Shown here: positions 1 to 14,284 of the stretch, piece by piece
How positions within the stretch are numbered: the stretch's first letter is position 1
Layout: the number at the start of each line of letters is the position of its first letter
Assembly (NCBI GenBank): GCA_021613535.1
Contig: CP075493.1
Span: forward strand, 434,001-498,000
DNA length: 64,000 nt
Source of the DNA: Adineta vaga
Taxonomy: Eukaryota; Animalia; Rotifera
Direction of reading: 5' to 3'
Notes under the pieces: model-generated
Database searches by the model: none
The model's input: the letters and a program-made list of their open reading frames with translations, nothing else
Told to the model about the DNA's origin: nothing
Made by a program: the position numbers and the translations under genes

Positions 1-517
1 CTCCGGGCCAAAACTGATTATTTCTCGGATGTATCGATCGTCGCCCGCAAACTTCGTTACGAAGAAAACCTTGCCACAACTTGAAATTCTCACTATAACC
101 ATCTTTTGTTCATTTCTTCTCACTATTCACAGTAGATATAGGTGAGAGTATCATATAAAGGGTGTTCTGTGATAACTGAGGATAAGTTGTTAATGAAATT
201 TTTTGTACTTTCTCCTGGCGTAGCAAGGTGAAAGTTTTATCGCTTATATATTAAATGAAAACCTACATATAGTAAAAGTTTCAGCTCGCTAGCTAAAACC
301 AGTCGTGAAATAAATCGACAACACTGAAATACAAAAGTTTTGGTCAAAACATCAATTTTTATTCTGTACTGCAAGGGGTAGTTCCAAAGATACTCTACCA
401 AAAAACTTTAAAAGCATATAGGAAAATTTGTTTCATATTAGAATTTGTGGCGTTTTTTCTCGTGACCATTTTGGTAGAAAAACTTTTCGAATTTTATTGA
501 GAAGTGGCTATCTCTTA

Positions 518-1137
518 CGAGGGAACATTCCGAGGTGTCTATCTTCGATTTCCCGACTTCCGTCATATTTTGATAGTACATAGTGACCTGTTAAAAACCT
601 CAAAAGAATTTGCGTTGAGATTGAGTTGGATTAGAATTATGAAGTTTTCAATATAGTAATGTATTAAAAATTCCTGTGGGAACCCCTGGTTCGAAAAAAC
701 CGAAAATTTAATTCTGAATCTCAAATTTTGCCCAAACAACGAACTAAGTCAGAGTGGTCTATACAGAAAAATTCAGAAGTTTTAGATAAAGTTGCAGTGA
801 GATCTGACATCCAGGAGAGAGCGTGCTCGTGTAGTAAAGAATCCATACTATTGAATTAGCCAATGTTCATGAAACTTTGTCTAAAATTTCTGAATTTTTC
901 TGTATAGACTACTCTAACTTAGTTCGTTGTTTGGGTAAAATTTGAGATTCAGAATCAAACTTTCGGTTTTTCCGAGCCAAGAGTCCCCCATAGGAATTTT
1001 TAATAGATTGCTATATTGAAAACTTCATAATTCTAGTCCAACCCAAATCCTTTGAGGTTCTTATCAGGTCGCTATGTACTATCAAAATATGATGGAAGTC
1101 GGGAAATCGGAGACAGACACCTCGGAATGTTTTTTCG
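518..1137. mobile_element. Foldback (almost fully palindromic) MITE, CGAGGG-terminus family, TTA target duplication
   Basis: tta|cgagggaacattccgaggtgtct ... agacacctcggaatgttttttcg|tta; the arms stay complementary, with mismatches, to about 790/880. It sits inside an older inverted repeat (about 420-492 vs 1415-1490). Confidence 0.8.
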
Positions 1138-2599
1138 TTAATGAAAATATTTATTGTGAAAACTGAACATGTCAAACTGTTTCTTGATAGAAGTATGATG
1201 TATAATGTTGAGTCTAAATTTATTTATCCTATTTAATCATAATTGAGAAGCCATTTTCTGGTTTCATCGAGCAAATTTCCCTCCACAAAATCCACTATGT
1301 AACATTTCTTCAGAATTTAGTCATTTTAAGATATATGGATCGACTTCTACCTAGACGTTAACCCGGTTTATAGTGTTTAGTACTTTATCCATAATGTCGG
1401 CATTGCTCGATGGAATTGGAAAGGTTTTTTTACCAAAATGATCACAAGAAAAAGCGCTACAAAGTCTAATATGTAAGAAGATTTTTTCGGATTTTGTTAG
1501 ACTGTTATGGCTGAACTCCCATCAAATTGTCCTGGAATATTTTGACTAAAAAAATATCAAAAAATCGTTCAGATAAATTGAAAAGTTATTGTGTATGATT
1601 TACGATTTTTGAATTTCAAATTTTACAGGGATTCTCGAAGGTTGCTGCTGATTCCTGAGGGATCTCGCGGATTCAAGAATTTCGTTCTTTACTCCTTTCT
1701 CTTGAAAGATTAAGGGCAGCTACAAATATAATGGATATGTTCACAATACTGCTCATTTTATTGAAGGTTTGTCGTATGAAAATAAATCATCGATTTACCC
1801 TTTATGTTTAAAGTTGAATTCTGATTTAGACCAATCGAAATCATCACTTAAGTCTCGTTCTATCTCCTATCATTGCGATGAAATAGGTTTTACTATAAAA
1901 ACCAAAACTCTTTGATTGGTGGTCGAAAAATGAGGTTTTGCTCAAACCTTTCCTATAAAAAAATACGTCAAAATCCTGACAGTTTTATGCTAAAGTGCTC
2001 GTGTTAATACGCCTTTTTCACTAGTATAGAACTCATATATGAGTAGTAGGAAAAATATGAATGAAGCGATTCTGAGTTTTGTTCACCCTTGTTCTTTGTG
2101 ACGACTCATTTTGTAAGTTTTATCCAGCCACAACTGAACTTACTTAAGAAGGATATAATAGAATGGAGGTTTCCGCTAATCGTTATGATTAATGTATAGA
2201 TATTTCGAGCAAAAGAGGGAAAGAGGATGTGGGTGTTCGAAATCTCTTCAACATGTCTTGTTCTGACGTCTATAAACTTTTTTCAGATTTTGCATAGTTT
2301 ATACGACTCGCTCTCTCTATTATTATAGCTAGTTATGTTGTTTTCGCGTTGGAATTATACTCCATCAGCTGGTTGTCGCAACTTTGTGATCATATAGTTT
2401 CGTCTAATCTATATTTTTCAAGACTGTTCAACTTATTATCAAATATAGAGAGAGTCATTCTCGTTAACTTACTATTATGATTATTTTTGTTTTACTTCTC
2501 TACTTTATGCATGACAACACATCTTTGCTAAACTTATATTTTCCTCTCTAAATTTTCGTTTCCTTTCCTTTCTCTTTTGCTAGATCCGATCAACAATTA

Positions 2600-3486
2600 C
2601 TAGGTTGAGGAAAAAGTTCGCGCGCCGTGTTAAAATAATGATTTTTCATGCATGAATTTATTCAAAAACAACAACAACTATTCTTCAAAATAAAGACCGA
2701 CACCGTCCAATTCTTCAAATTTGTTGCTGGTCTTTCTGACGGTATGCGGCTTTGCATTGTCTTGTTGAAACAAAGCGCGTTTTCGACGAACAAGACTTGG
2801 TTACTTTTCAACCAGCGCATCGTAGACTCGATCAAGTTGCTTGCAGTAAAGTTCAGCGTTGATGGCGCGACCATTCGGCACAAGTTCAAAATACAAGATT
2901 CCTTCGAAGTTCCACCAAATGCAAATCATGATCTTCTGTCCAAATTGATTTTGCTTCCGAACGGATGGAGGAATTTGACCTTTCAAGATCCAACGCTTGC
3001 TTCGATCGTGATTGACCAGGTAGACCCACTTCTCGTCTGATATCACAATTGGCGGCAAACTTCAAGCCGTTTGGCGACTTGTGCTTCGGTCAATTGGTGT
3101 GAATCTTGTCTTGGCTTTTTGTGGACAAAGTCAAGTTGCTTGAGATGATTCCAAACTGTCTTCTGATCGACACCAAGTTCCTCAGCCGATTCGCGTGTGC
3201 TTGATGACGACTCAACATTCAAAGCCGTTGGTCGTCCAGAACGTGGCCTGTTTTCAAGATCAAAATCGCCTTCATTGAAACGCATGAACCATTTCTGTGC
3301 AGTTCGCGATGCCACCGTAACTTCACCTTCAACATCGTAAATTGCTTAGACAGCTGGTTTTGCATCCATATTTTTTCTCCAATAATAACACAGCAATACG
3401 TGAAGCTCAAAATTTGTGATTTCGTAATCAGATATCTTAAAAAATCATTATTTTAACACGGCATACGAACTTTTTCCTCAACCTAA
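2600..3486 (-). mobile_element. Defective mariner (Tc1/mariner) element with TIRs and TA duplication; frameshifted, internally deleted transposase
   Basis: TIR (c/t)taggttgaggaaaaagttcg..gccgtgttaaaataatgatttt at both ends, flanked by TA (2598-99, 3487-88). Motifs AQKWF..F..GDFDLENRPRSGRP, HQLTE, SDEKWV, KIMICIWW and QDNAKPH are spread over several frames; the region with the third catalytic D is missing. Confidence 0.92.
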
Positions 3487-5226
3487 TATATAATGGGATT
3501 TCCTATAAACTAGTCACTTTATTGTTTAATTCGTTTCATTTCATTTAGAGTGATCTTCTCATCAATTTTAAAGGTAAGGTTTTTTCCAACTAGTCACTTG
3601 TTTTTCTACTTTCTTTCGTCTCATTTAGATCGATCTTTAAGTAAACTTTAAAGGTGAGTTTTCTTTTAAATTAGTGATTTGTCTATTTACTTTGCTTCAT
3701 TCAATCTAGGTCAATCTTCATATGAACTTTAAAATTAAGATTTCTTTTTAGCTAGTCACTGATTGATTTACTTTCTTTCGTTTCATCTAGGGTTATTGAA
3801 GATGGAAACAGTAGCGTTTGAGAGGATGCTGAAACCGTCTGGTTTGGTCGAATTGGAGGTAAGTGAATGGTAAGGAATAGAGATTAGTTGTGAACAGTTA
3901 TTGAAACTGTTGTGAAAGTAAGAATATCGCCACGGAAGTTAGCAGTTTTTTGGCGTTTCTTTCTATTTTGTGGATCTTCTTATAAAAAGGTGCCAAAAAT
4001 AGGAAGAAACGTAAAAAAATATGCCTTTTCGTTTTGTGTAGAATAACATTTACAGAGTTGTGGAATATTCATCTCTAATAAGTGATACTTCAAATACCCC
4101 TTCTAAGGGAATGATGTATTAAACTATTAGGTACCACTAACGGCCCAAAAACTCTTCACAGGTTTTTGAGAGTGCAACGGACAATGAACCCTTTAAGGGT
4201 TTATGAGTCCATAATACCTACTCAAAAACGGTTCATAAAAAGTCTTTTTATTGTTAAGTAGTCGGGATATACCCTAGCTAATACCATTTTTATGGGTTTT
4301 TGGTGGCAATATACCTTTTGAAAACCGATTGTAAAGAGTATTTTGAAGCGTTTTTGAGCGGTCAGATACGGTTCGAAAGGGCTCATTATCCGTTGCACTT
4401 TCAAAAACGCTTTTGGGGTTTTGTGTAGTGCTGGTTTTTTTTCACAGTGTAGTGAAGAGTGCTTCGAAACGAAGTAAAAAATCACATTGCTTAGTGAATA
4501 GTATCCGTTAGTCAGAATTGGGAACAGTTTGGTCTGTACTACAATCGAGTTTCTAGCCTACGGAGGACTGTGACACGATGGCAGGAAAGAGTGGGATCGG
4601 GAGTGGCGATTCGAAAGGGTAACGAAGACCGCCGAGGAGTTCGTGTCATCCGCAGAGGAGTTATTCTGATGAAAGCTGAAAGGTTGTTTTCTGGAGAGGA
4701 CAATTAGAAGTCGTGAGTGAGATTCAGTGGAGAGTAAAGTGAATCCTCTCTGCAAGTGTTATTGATGGTAATCGGGATCGAAGAATTAAAATCTGAAGTC
4801 AATCCTTCGAAATCAATCTCATAGGAGGTTTTGCGATCGTTGACGTACATGAATTCTAGAAGAAAGAGCTTGGTGTGTCTCCAGATGAGCGTTACTTGTG
4901 GTCAGAGGCGTGTGTTACATTATATAATACAAATTCCAGATTTTTTAGTCGACTATTTATATTAATAAGAATGCGATGTATTAGATTTTCTGTTGAACAG
5001 CATAGTAGTACATTGTGATGATATGCTCTCACATATGCAGGAAAATATTTGTTTCAGAGTACATTTTCTGTTCGTACCAGCGCAGTTCCTGCGCTGTTTT
5101 TTGCGCGCTCTCCACAATATACTATGACTGATTATTCTAGTTAACGTTGGTTATTTTTATTCTAAAAAATGTCATATTTGTTCCGTAGTGATATCGGACA
5201 GTATGAGTTATTTCATGGAAACCAGA

Positions 5227-5649
5227 TCATTTGCTTTGTGCTTCAGCTAATTCTTTTGTTTTCTGCATTGCTGGCGCTACCATTGACTTCGGCCTACACC
5301 AAAATACTCGCCGACCATCCGATTCGTCCGTGTAATATTCTAATACTTGTTCCTCTCGATGATACTTGTTGACATGAATTCTTGTAACAAAATGTTCAAA
5401 TCTAATTTCACCTTTTTCCTTGTCACAGTAAATTTCTTCTGTCATTGGTTTTGGGTCACCTATTCCAACTTGTCGAACAAAGTGATCTCCTTTGTCCACA
5501 ATTGATAACAGTTTCATATAAGGTAAGTACTTCTCTGGATGGTAAACATTGTCCATCATAGCATTCCAAACAGAATCATATGATGCATTAATTGGGTCGC
5601 TTTGAGTATTGGTTCCAGCAATTTCTTCTCCTTCTCCAGCATATGCCAT
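5227..5649 (-). CDS. AtaL/DUF1857-like SRPBCC (START/Bet v1 fold) protein, paralog 1
   Basis: 140-aa ORF; INASYDSVWNAMMDNVYHPEKYLP...TEEIYCDKEKGEIRF...QVLEY...KTKELAE is shared with three other ORFs in the window. Family assigned by recalled motif similarity (VW...P..Y.P), not by a search. Confidence 0.8.
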   Translation of the reverse strand: MAYAGEGEEIAGTNTQSDPINASYDSVWNAMMDNVYHPEKYLPYMKLLSIVDKGDHFVRQVGIGDPKPMTEEIYCDKEKGEIRFEHFVTRIHVNKYHREEQVLEYYTDESDGRRVFWCRPKSMVAPAMQKTKELAEAQSK

Positions 5650-6102
5650 GAGTGATAAGAAATCTAAAACGGTACGATATATGCCACGACCATTATAAGA
5701 CTTGGTTCAGGTTTAAAAATATTCACCCTTGTCTGCTTTATATTCTTTCTCTGTTTTTGGATTAGTGATGGAACTGTCGAGCAAAAGCAACTTTTTCTCG
5801 TCATGATACGATTTGCAATTGCTAACAATACTTCCTGAATGAACTTTTTTCTCATACGCTTGTACATGCGCTCATGTCAAGATGTTCCTCAGTTCTTGTA
5901 CTTGTCGTACTTGTACCCATCCAGTCACTGATGTGCCTGATCTCGTGACTTTCTTCTCCGTAGACAAGTGCTTCAGTGTTTCCATGAGGTAAGAAGCTCA
6001 TGCGCTGATCTCAACCAAACAGTACATTTAACGAGAAAAGATACCCAGTTGTGACGCACCGTTTTGAATTGGAAATATAGTAGTCTGTAGACTCCAACGA
6101 GC

Positions 6103-7686
6103 GGAGTCTAACACAAAACAGCGTTCTTCTTCGTGGATTCATAAATGAGATGAAATCAATCATATTTGACCGCTGATTCTTTCACTATGTACCTACAGAG
6201 TCTGACTGAATCGACCAAAATTTGCATAGCAACATCTCACTCTACATACTGATATGTTGTCGCCATTCAGTGGTTGCATTGTTCGCATATAATGCTGTCA
6301 GATACGTTCCTCATTCTCAGAGAAGACGATCTTCACGCATAGCAAACTCAATTCTTAACGATCCGTTAGATCTGAATGCGTGAGCATCAATCTAATTGTT
6401 CTTCCAGATATTTTATTCAGGAAGAACTCGAGGTGTGCTTAATGAAAGTGAGTAAGAATGGAAATATGTTCAAAGAGCGATGCTTGTCTACAGTCGCTAA
6501 AACAAAAATGAGCTTTCATAACAACTATTTTGTGAACAACTGCTGAGTACGACTGAGAAATCGACATCAGTCACACCGCGCAGTGCTGAATACTGCTCTG
6601 GGATGTAGGTACAAGCTGAAGCGGCGAATGAAATCATTGGTTGGAAAATAGGCGTGTCCCGCTGATTGTGCACTAGAGTTCGAAGCTGTAGGGTGTAGGT
6701 GTGAGGGTGGAGTGTGAGTGTGCGCGGTGATGAAGACGAGATACACTCACCCGAACACACCCACACCTTCGTCTGTGAAATGGTCCAAAGTACTACAAGG
6801 AATGTCGGGAGGATAACGTGAAAAGTCTGTTCGTGGTATGAATAATACTCGGTGAATAAAATGCGAGACTATTTTACTCATGATACCGGATGAAAACGAG
6901 ATTTTGTTCGATTTAATAGAAAGAATAAGATTTTAGGTAATTTTTTAGAGCGAGAACAACTGATATAATGACAAATGAATCTAAACATGTCCATGACTTG
7001 ATGGAGACCTGTATGCCAGGAATGGTATTCGTATACGTGATACTATACAGACGTGAAGACGATGATGATCCATTAAGATCCGGAGTTTCCTCTTTCAGAT
7101 TAAAATCATCAAAAAATACGTACAATCTTATTCTCTCTATCAAAACTTGACTCATACTGCAACTGAGTCTTTGGTGTACGACAGAAGGCGAAGGGAGGAT
7201 GATTGCAAGACGAATCGAGAGTAACGTCCCGAAGAGATACCGGCCGCCAGTGGGAAGTTTGTGTGTTCCATGGAACAGACGCTTTTTTGGAAAAAAGAAA
7301 GCAAGCTTTTTCGAAAAAAATTGGTGAGAACTACAGGTCACAATTAGCCAAGGGTGAACCTAGTCTCGTCGACGAGCATTATTTATGCGTGAAGATCGTC
7401 TTCTCTGAGAATGACGAACGTATCTGACAGCATTATATGCGAACAATGCAACCACTGAATGGCGACAACATAGCAGCATGTAGAGTGAGATGTTGCTATG
7501 CAAATTTTGGTCGATTCAGTCAGACTCTGTAGGTACAGGATGAACGAATCAGCGACCAAATTTGTCCGTTAATACTCCGCAGCGTATGAAACTTTAGCAT
7601 CTAGAACATGGCTTCTTATGAGAAAAACTGATTGATTCCATCTCATTTATGGATCCATGAAGAAGAACGCTATTTTGTGTTCGACT
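6103..7686. mobile_element. Non-autonomous element with ~200-250 bp imperfect inverted arms
   Basis: gagtctaacacaaaacagcgttcttcttc (6103) is the reverse complement of gaagaagaacgctattttgtgttcgactc (ends 7686); 6165-6300 matches the reverse complement of 7425-7565. Confidence 0.6.
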
Positions 7687-7688
7687 CA

Positions 7689-8303
7689 TCAGGGGCGGTC
7701 CCAACTGCCCAACCCCTGTTAAGCTGATATTTTGGCCATATGTAGGGGTCTATAAGGCTAGAACAATCCTAGAAAAATCTGGGCTGCTAGGCTTTTGGAG
7801 CCGAGTTACGTGATTTTTACTGAGTTTTTGACAGTTTTTGTGATGTGTAGTAAAAAGTGAAAGATAGGAATTTACAGCTGAAAGTTTCCCTGTAAGTAGG
7901 TCTAACCATCATTAGAATATTCTAAACTTTTCAGCGTAAAATAATGTATCCTCGTTGAGATATCAAATTGGAAAGAAATATTTTTTTCTAACACGGGACG
8001 CAGAATAACGATTTATTTGAAAATTCGATACCTCAACGAGGATACATTATTTTACGCTGAAAAGTTTAGAATATTCTAATGATGGTTAGACCTACTCAGA
8101 GGGAAACTTTCAGCTGCAAATTCCTATCTTTCACTTTTTACTACACATCACAAAAACTGTCCGAAACTCAGTAAAAATCACGTAACTCGGCTCCAAAAGC
8201 CTAGCAGCCCAGATTTTTCTAGGATTGTTCTAGCCTTATAGACCCCTACATATGGCCAAAATATCAGCTTAAAAGCGGTTGGACAGTTGTGACCGCTTCC
8301 TCG
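7689..8303. mobile_element. Foldback MITE, related to the 59125-59692 element
   Basis: Near-perfect inverted arms aagctgatattttggccatatgtagggg... / ...cccctacatatggccaaaatatcagctt, with a short central spacer near 7965-8025. Confidence 0.8.
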
Positions 8304-8681
8304 CGAGTACAGAAATGAGAGAAATTTAGTACCCGAGCTAAAAGAAGCTTGGAGTCTTTTCTTAGCAATATCTGAACAAGAAGACATGAAATTATCTATG
8401 TAATTGAGGCTGTGCAAAAAATAAAAAAATTGTTATCGAACTAGCAGATAACCTGAAAACTACCGTTATTTATATATTCAAACTGAATGAGTGAGGAAAG
8501 CGTACTGGTACATTTTCATCGAGAGGAAAGATGAAAATTTATTTCGCCGTGGTATTCCTAATCTAGGCAAACAGCACAACCACCCAACTCTTCCAGAACG
8601 AGTGTTGACTGCTACTACGAACGCCCACATCGATGAGTTATGACGGCAAACTCCCACTTTTCCCAATTACTAACAGGGGAA

Positions 8682-9800
8682 CAGGGGTCGAAACAGGCCG
8701 ACCGGCCCGGCGGACCGACCCAACTGACCTTCTCTTTCGGGCCGGGCGGGCCAAGTTTTTGTCGGGCTGGCCCGGCCCGGCATTTAAGTTAAATTTAATG
8801 TATTTACTGCCTATCATAAACAATCCAAACTACTGAAAAAGTTTAGAAAAGAAAATATAATCGAGTTCTACATCGAAATATAAAAAAAACATAATAGTGT
8901 TTTAAAGTAACTATATGTCTCGACCATATACTGAATTCTGTAGTATATTAATTACTATGAGAGTATGATTGACAGATAAATATGTCGAAAACAAACTGTT
9001 CTCAACAAATACCGTTACGAATGACAGTATATTCAACCCCCAAACTTTAATTAACTAGAAACTCAATAGGAGGTGAACCATTTTTTTGTGCGCACGCTCT
9101 TTCTAGCTCTAGTATCTAGTGAAGTGAGAGTGATATAAGTTGAAAATGATCTGTATAAAAAGTAGAAAACATTGATACATAATTTTCAGACCTAACTTAT
9201 TTTTGTTCTTAAAAATAACTTTTTTTTTAAATACTAATGTCAAACTTGTGATAGCGACTACAAGTTTGGCAGATACGTATTAAATCCCAGTTAGAAACTA
9301 TCTATAACTTATTACTGCAGATATTTTTTAATTATTTTTCAGTATTTTTTACTGCGCATCATCGCAGCGAATGACTTTATCGTGAAAACTTTCCACTAGT
9401 AATACAGTACCTTATTGATGCTTTTTCTTACTAGCAAAACAGTTCTGAAGGATATACAATTACACAAAAAAATTGTTACTGACTTTAAAAACCTTCGAAG
9501 GTCTTTTGTTTGTTCGTTTGACTCAATAAGCAGCTCGATTCATCTCATACTGATTTTGGTTCTATGTCAGCAATCCGATTAAAAAATTACCTATATCATT
9601 CGGGTAATGTGCTTTCAAGCACATTGTTAATCATCCATGCGATTTTCGAATTCTGGCATGGAAAATATCAGTGAAAAATATCTCTACCGGGCCTGGGCCG
9701 GGCGGGCTGCAAAAATCTACGGGCCGGGTTCGGGCCGGGCGGGCAAACACTTTAGCTGGGCCGCTCTGGGCCATAAAAACGAGGCCCGTTTCGAGCTCTG
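8682..9800. mobile_element. hAT-type non-autonomous element with GC-rich GGCCCGG subterminal repeats
   Basis: Termini caggggtcgaaacaggcc / ggcccgtttcgagctctg; 8-bp flanks caggggaa / caagggaa (7/8 match). Confidence 0.75.
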
Positions 9801-10420
9801 CAAGGGAACCACATGGAGTGACACCCTCCGTTGTCAGTGATTCATATTTCATTTAGCTGGGTATATTGAGATAGTAAAAAGTCTAAAGGATTTTTCCCCA
9901 CTGCCCTTCTTTCAAAAGTTATCGTCATTTTACTCAATTTTCAAGATCTCCCTATGTATTCATCAATGAAACTACACCATAGAATTTTGTTCTGAAATTT
10001 TGTCCATAGTTAGGTCTAAGGACACTTATAATATCCTAAAAGTTTCAGCTAAAATGCGTTCTCTCTTCTTGAGATATTAGACTTTTCCATGAGTTTAGTT
10101 TTCGACATCAAGTGGAGAGAAACACTGTTTTATTGTACATGTAATAGCTTCAGAAAGAATTATTATTTTTACCTGAAATTTTTCGCATATTATAAGTGTC
10201 CTTAGACCTAACTATGGACAAAATTTCAGAACAAAATTCTATGGTGTAGTTTCATTGATGAATACATAGGGAGATCTTGAAAATTGAGTAAAATGACGAT
10301 AACTTTTGAAAGAAGGGCAGTGGGGAAAAATCCTTTAGACTTTTTACTATCTCAATATACTCAACTAAAAGAGATATGAATGACTGAAAATGGAGGGTGT
10401 CACCGCAGGTGGTTCCCTCG
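9801..10420. mobile_element. Foldback MITE (CGAGGG family); true left end at about 8674, split by the hAT insertion
   Basis: aagggaaccacatggagtgacaccctcc ... ggagggtgtcaccgcaggtggttccctcg|taa; long near-perfect arms 9860-10035 / 10190-10360; taa also precedes 8674. Confidence 0.75.
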
Positions 10421-10486
10421 TAAGGGCAAAAAATGACTGACTGACTGTCCCTAATGGGGATGGAAATTAGCTTCAGCCGACGCTAA

Positions 10487-10923
10487 CGAGGGAACATTCC
10501 CGAGTGTTGGATTCCTTTAGACGCCATATTTTGGCGATTGGTAGACCTCAATGAGCTATGAAAAACCTCAAGAGGACTAGTGCCCCTAGGTCTTTAGTCT
10601 AGAGTTATAGCTATTTTACTCAAACTTTTCCATATAGTAGGGTATATACCAGCAAACCAAATGTCAGCGTTTCGAGCTGATATTTTATCTGTGGACACGT
10701 CTATAAGTAAGTAGAGTGTCCTGAAAATTTCAGCTCGAAACGCTGACATTTGGTTTGCTGGTATATACCCTACTATATGGAAAAGTTTGAGTAAAATAGC
10801 TATAACTCTAGACTAAAGACCTAGGGGCACTAGTCCTCTTGAGGTTTTTCATAGCTCATTGAGGTCTACCAATCGCCAAAATATGGCGTCTAAAGGAATC
10901 CAACACTCGGGAATGTTCCCTCG
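10487..10923. mobile_element. Foldback MITE (CGAGGG family), arms appear identical, TAA duplication
   Basis: taa|cgagggaacattcccgagtgttgg ... ccaacactcgggaatgttccctcg|taa; arms of about 194 bp, spacer about 50 bp. Confidence 0.9.
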
Positions 10924-13900
10924 TAAGATGAAAACAGAGTGATCTACACTTTGCCATTTTACAAACGCATAGCTGATTGAAAATGAGCTGCTAGCTACTG
11001 ATAGAGTTTGACACGCTCTCCAACAATGGTTCTGACTTCGCGACTTGTTTCTCAAGTGGAACATGTGAAAAAAACGTTTTTTCAAAAATAAACCGTTTTC
11101 TGCATAAGTTTTGCTGGAACGACGCTATTACGGAGAACAATTGACTGGACAATGTTGTTAGAGAAGCACTACCGAATAAGATCGACAAAAGTGTCTGATC
11201 GTAGGCCGGTGATATCTCTACGAAAAGAATGGAGAAAATTGATTGTAATGATATCATTTGACAGCGCCGCATCTGAGGATTTACCAAATATAAGATAGAG
11301 AGATTCAAAGAGAAATTTTGGGTTACGTAGTCAAACAAAATGTGGACACTTTTTCGCGACTTTAGAAGGAATAGCGTCTGTAGGGCTCAATAAATTCGGG
11401 TAGACATTAAGTGGCCGAATGGAAAAAATTGAATATTTCCACTAGGATTGGGTGAAATAGGCTCATTTTTTATCAAGAATAGCGGCTTGTTCATAGTCCA
11501 AATGCATACAGTCAACGTTAGTTAGTAACTTTGTTGAGTATCGTTCCTAACACGAACAAAAAATGCCAGTTTTTTAGAAATAGAAAAAGTTCAGCATACA
11601 GCACTGAAAAACTATTGTTGAATAGTGTACCCCAGTGCTCTGAAAACGTTTCCAGCAAACGTCGAAGGGTTGATCTCACCGATAGAAACCCTAAAAAGAT
11701 TTTTTACCAAAAAGATTTTTAACGCTCAGAATAAATGAAGAACGTGAGGGCATAAGAGCCTTTTTCATCAACTCATTGCTCGATATTTAACCATGGTTAG
11801 TTTTTTATTCTTCAATTGAGTACGCTTTGTTCTACTTCAGTATGAAAAGAGTTTTGTATTCATTAGATAAGGATAGTTTAGGATCGACTTTTCGAACTAG
11901 GGTTTAGTGTCTCCTCACTAGGGGTAGATTATTCAGCGATAAAGTCAAATAAGTTTATTAATCGAATACAACATGAAACGGGTTTATTATTCTACAAATG
12001 TTAGTAGACTATGCAGCGAAGCAACAGAAACCTTTTTGACAAAGCTCATTAATTGCGCTTGAAGCAGTGCAATAATTCAATACATATTTCACTCTTCAGT
12101 ACATGATCATTCGCCAGGGACTATTTTTAGATAGAATCTAATAAGACTGTCTCCTTGGAAGATGTTTTCTATACTTTCACCACGCTGTCAGTATGTCAAG
12201 AATAGAGTCTCATTCTATTTCTTCAGTTGTGTTCGTTGATCTTTTCTTCGTATAACTTTTCACGACTGGAAAACTGATCGAGGTGCTTAATCAGACCATT
12301 TGGCAGTTTTGAAGCATAGCTGTTTCTATCTATGTCATCGATTTTTCAGCTCCGGCTTTTTCGGAAAATCTCTCATCTTGTGATCTGAGTACATTCTGTA
12401 GCTGTTTCAAACGAGCAATTTCTCCTAGATTGTAGATGAGGATAAATGCGAGTGTAGGGTAAGTGTGCATGAGACTCTAGATATATTGCACCCCACATCA
12501 ATACCTACGCCCTCCCTCTCACCATATCCATTCACCAACACCGTCACCCACCCATATCGTCAAGATTCAAAAATATTTTTCTACATATTCTGCAAGTTAC
12601 ATGTGTGGTGATTACTAGATTCCATTATGAAGGCTCAAAAGCGGATATGTAGGCAGATACGAACATGTTGCTATCTGGCAACATTCGGCCGGAAAGGGGT
12701 AAGTACAAGTACTCGTGGTCAAGTAAAAGTATTTGTACTTGCACTTGTCCAAGCTCTATCTAGAGCCTGAGAAGGCCATTATGAGCTATAGACAGTTTAT
12801 TCAGAGCTGTTATCTACTTGTTCAACAAATTTCCGAGTAAAATCACATCTTTTGAAAAACTTTCAGAAAGAAATCAGTTTCCCACCTTGTTGCAGTATGG
12901 GCTGTCCTAGTTAACTGTTGTACCATCTTGTGGTTCGGTGCTGAAACAGTTTGATCTTAATTACGCCATTTGATAGCCGTTTATCTCTTTCTTTAACGGT
13001 GCAAACTGTGCGTTTCTAACCTGTTTCGACCAAAATTTATACAAAAAACAGCCACATGTCCTTTCTTTTAAACGGATAGAAGTAAAAAAGTGGATCCAAG
13101 CAGACGGGTGTGGGTGGGTGTGGGAGTGCGTAAGAGTGATTATGATGGTATAAGTGTGGGTACGAGTGTCGGTGATGAAAATGATGTTAGTGTGAAAACG
13201 TTCGACGCACCAGCAACACTCTTCATCTGATTTTAGGTATATTGAAAAAACTAAACGGCGAATAATCGACGTCTATAGCGGACATGGAAGTACAACGTAT
13301 GAAATACCTTTTTTTACGGTGTAAGATGATCTAGACAACCCCTCAATGTATTACAAATACACGACTTCAGAATTCCTAAGCGCTCATCGACAAAAGTCTA
13401 GGGTCAGTTTGATGAATGCAAAGAACCTTTTGTACGTTTATCATACGTTGTATTTTTGTGAACTCCTGTCGAAAAGATCCATTTGAAAGACTGCGAAAAT
13501 GATTTTTCCCCCGCTGTAAGAAAGCGGGGACGACACTAAGTACCCACTCATTTTTTGAATTAGAGGAGGACATACGTCATAGAGTTTTTATTATCTATCT
13601 GCTTTACTATTTAATAAAACAACTGTGCATCCACCTAACTATTTATGTGTTTAACTTTCTACTTATTTGCGTTACTTGCTTACCTAACTAAATATCTATT
13701 TACCTAGCCACACCAACTCACTATTTATCCATCCAATCTACCAATTCTAACTAACTATCTATCCATCTGCACTGCTTAACTACATGTCTACTCGGATATA
13801 TCTAACCAGTCGCCTGTATGTCTGCTTATTTTATAAACTATTTATCTAACTATCTTCTCATGTTCATACTTAAGAGAAAAACAGTAGTCTAGTCTTCGCT

Positions 13901-14284
13901 TCGCCACTTTTTTCCATTGACTATACGGAAGAAGTCTGAAAGTTGGTCAAATGTATCAAATCTTCAGAAAAATGAAAGTCTCATTCACCCACTCTTCCGC
14001 TGCGCTAATGGCGTTCATTCAAGTCTGAAAAGGACAAATAGAACCTTGAGCAGAATAAAACCGCATTACCTGCTCGTTTCGACATTCGATGTCATTCCTA
14101 ATATTGATCTGCATGAAGCACTACAAAAGTGTTCTCACCTGGCTCGTTCAGAAGACTTGTTTAACCATTTACTATACCGGGAGGGTGCCCACATATATTT
14201 AGGACTGTGTGGAAAGTTCCGACTTATAACTCCGGCGCTTTGTCGTAAGCTATCATTTCTTCTATGCCAGTGAGGTAGGTGACA

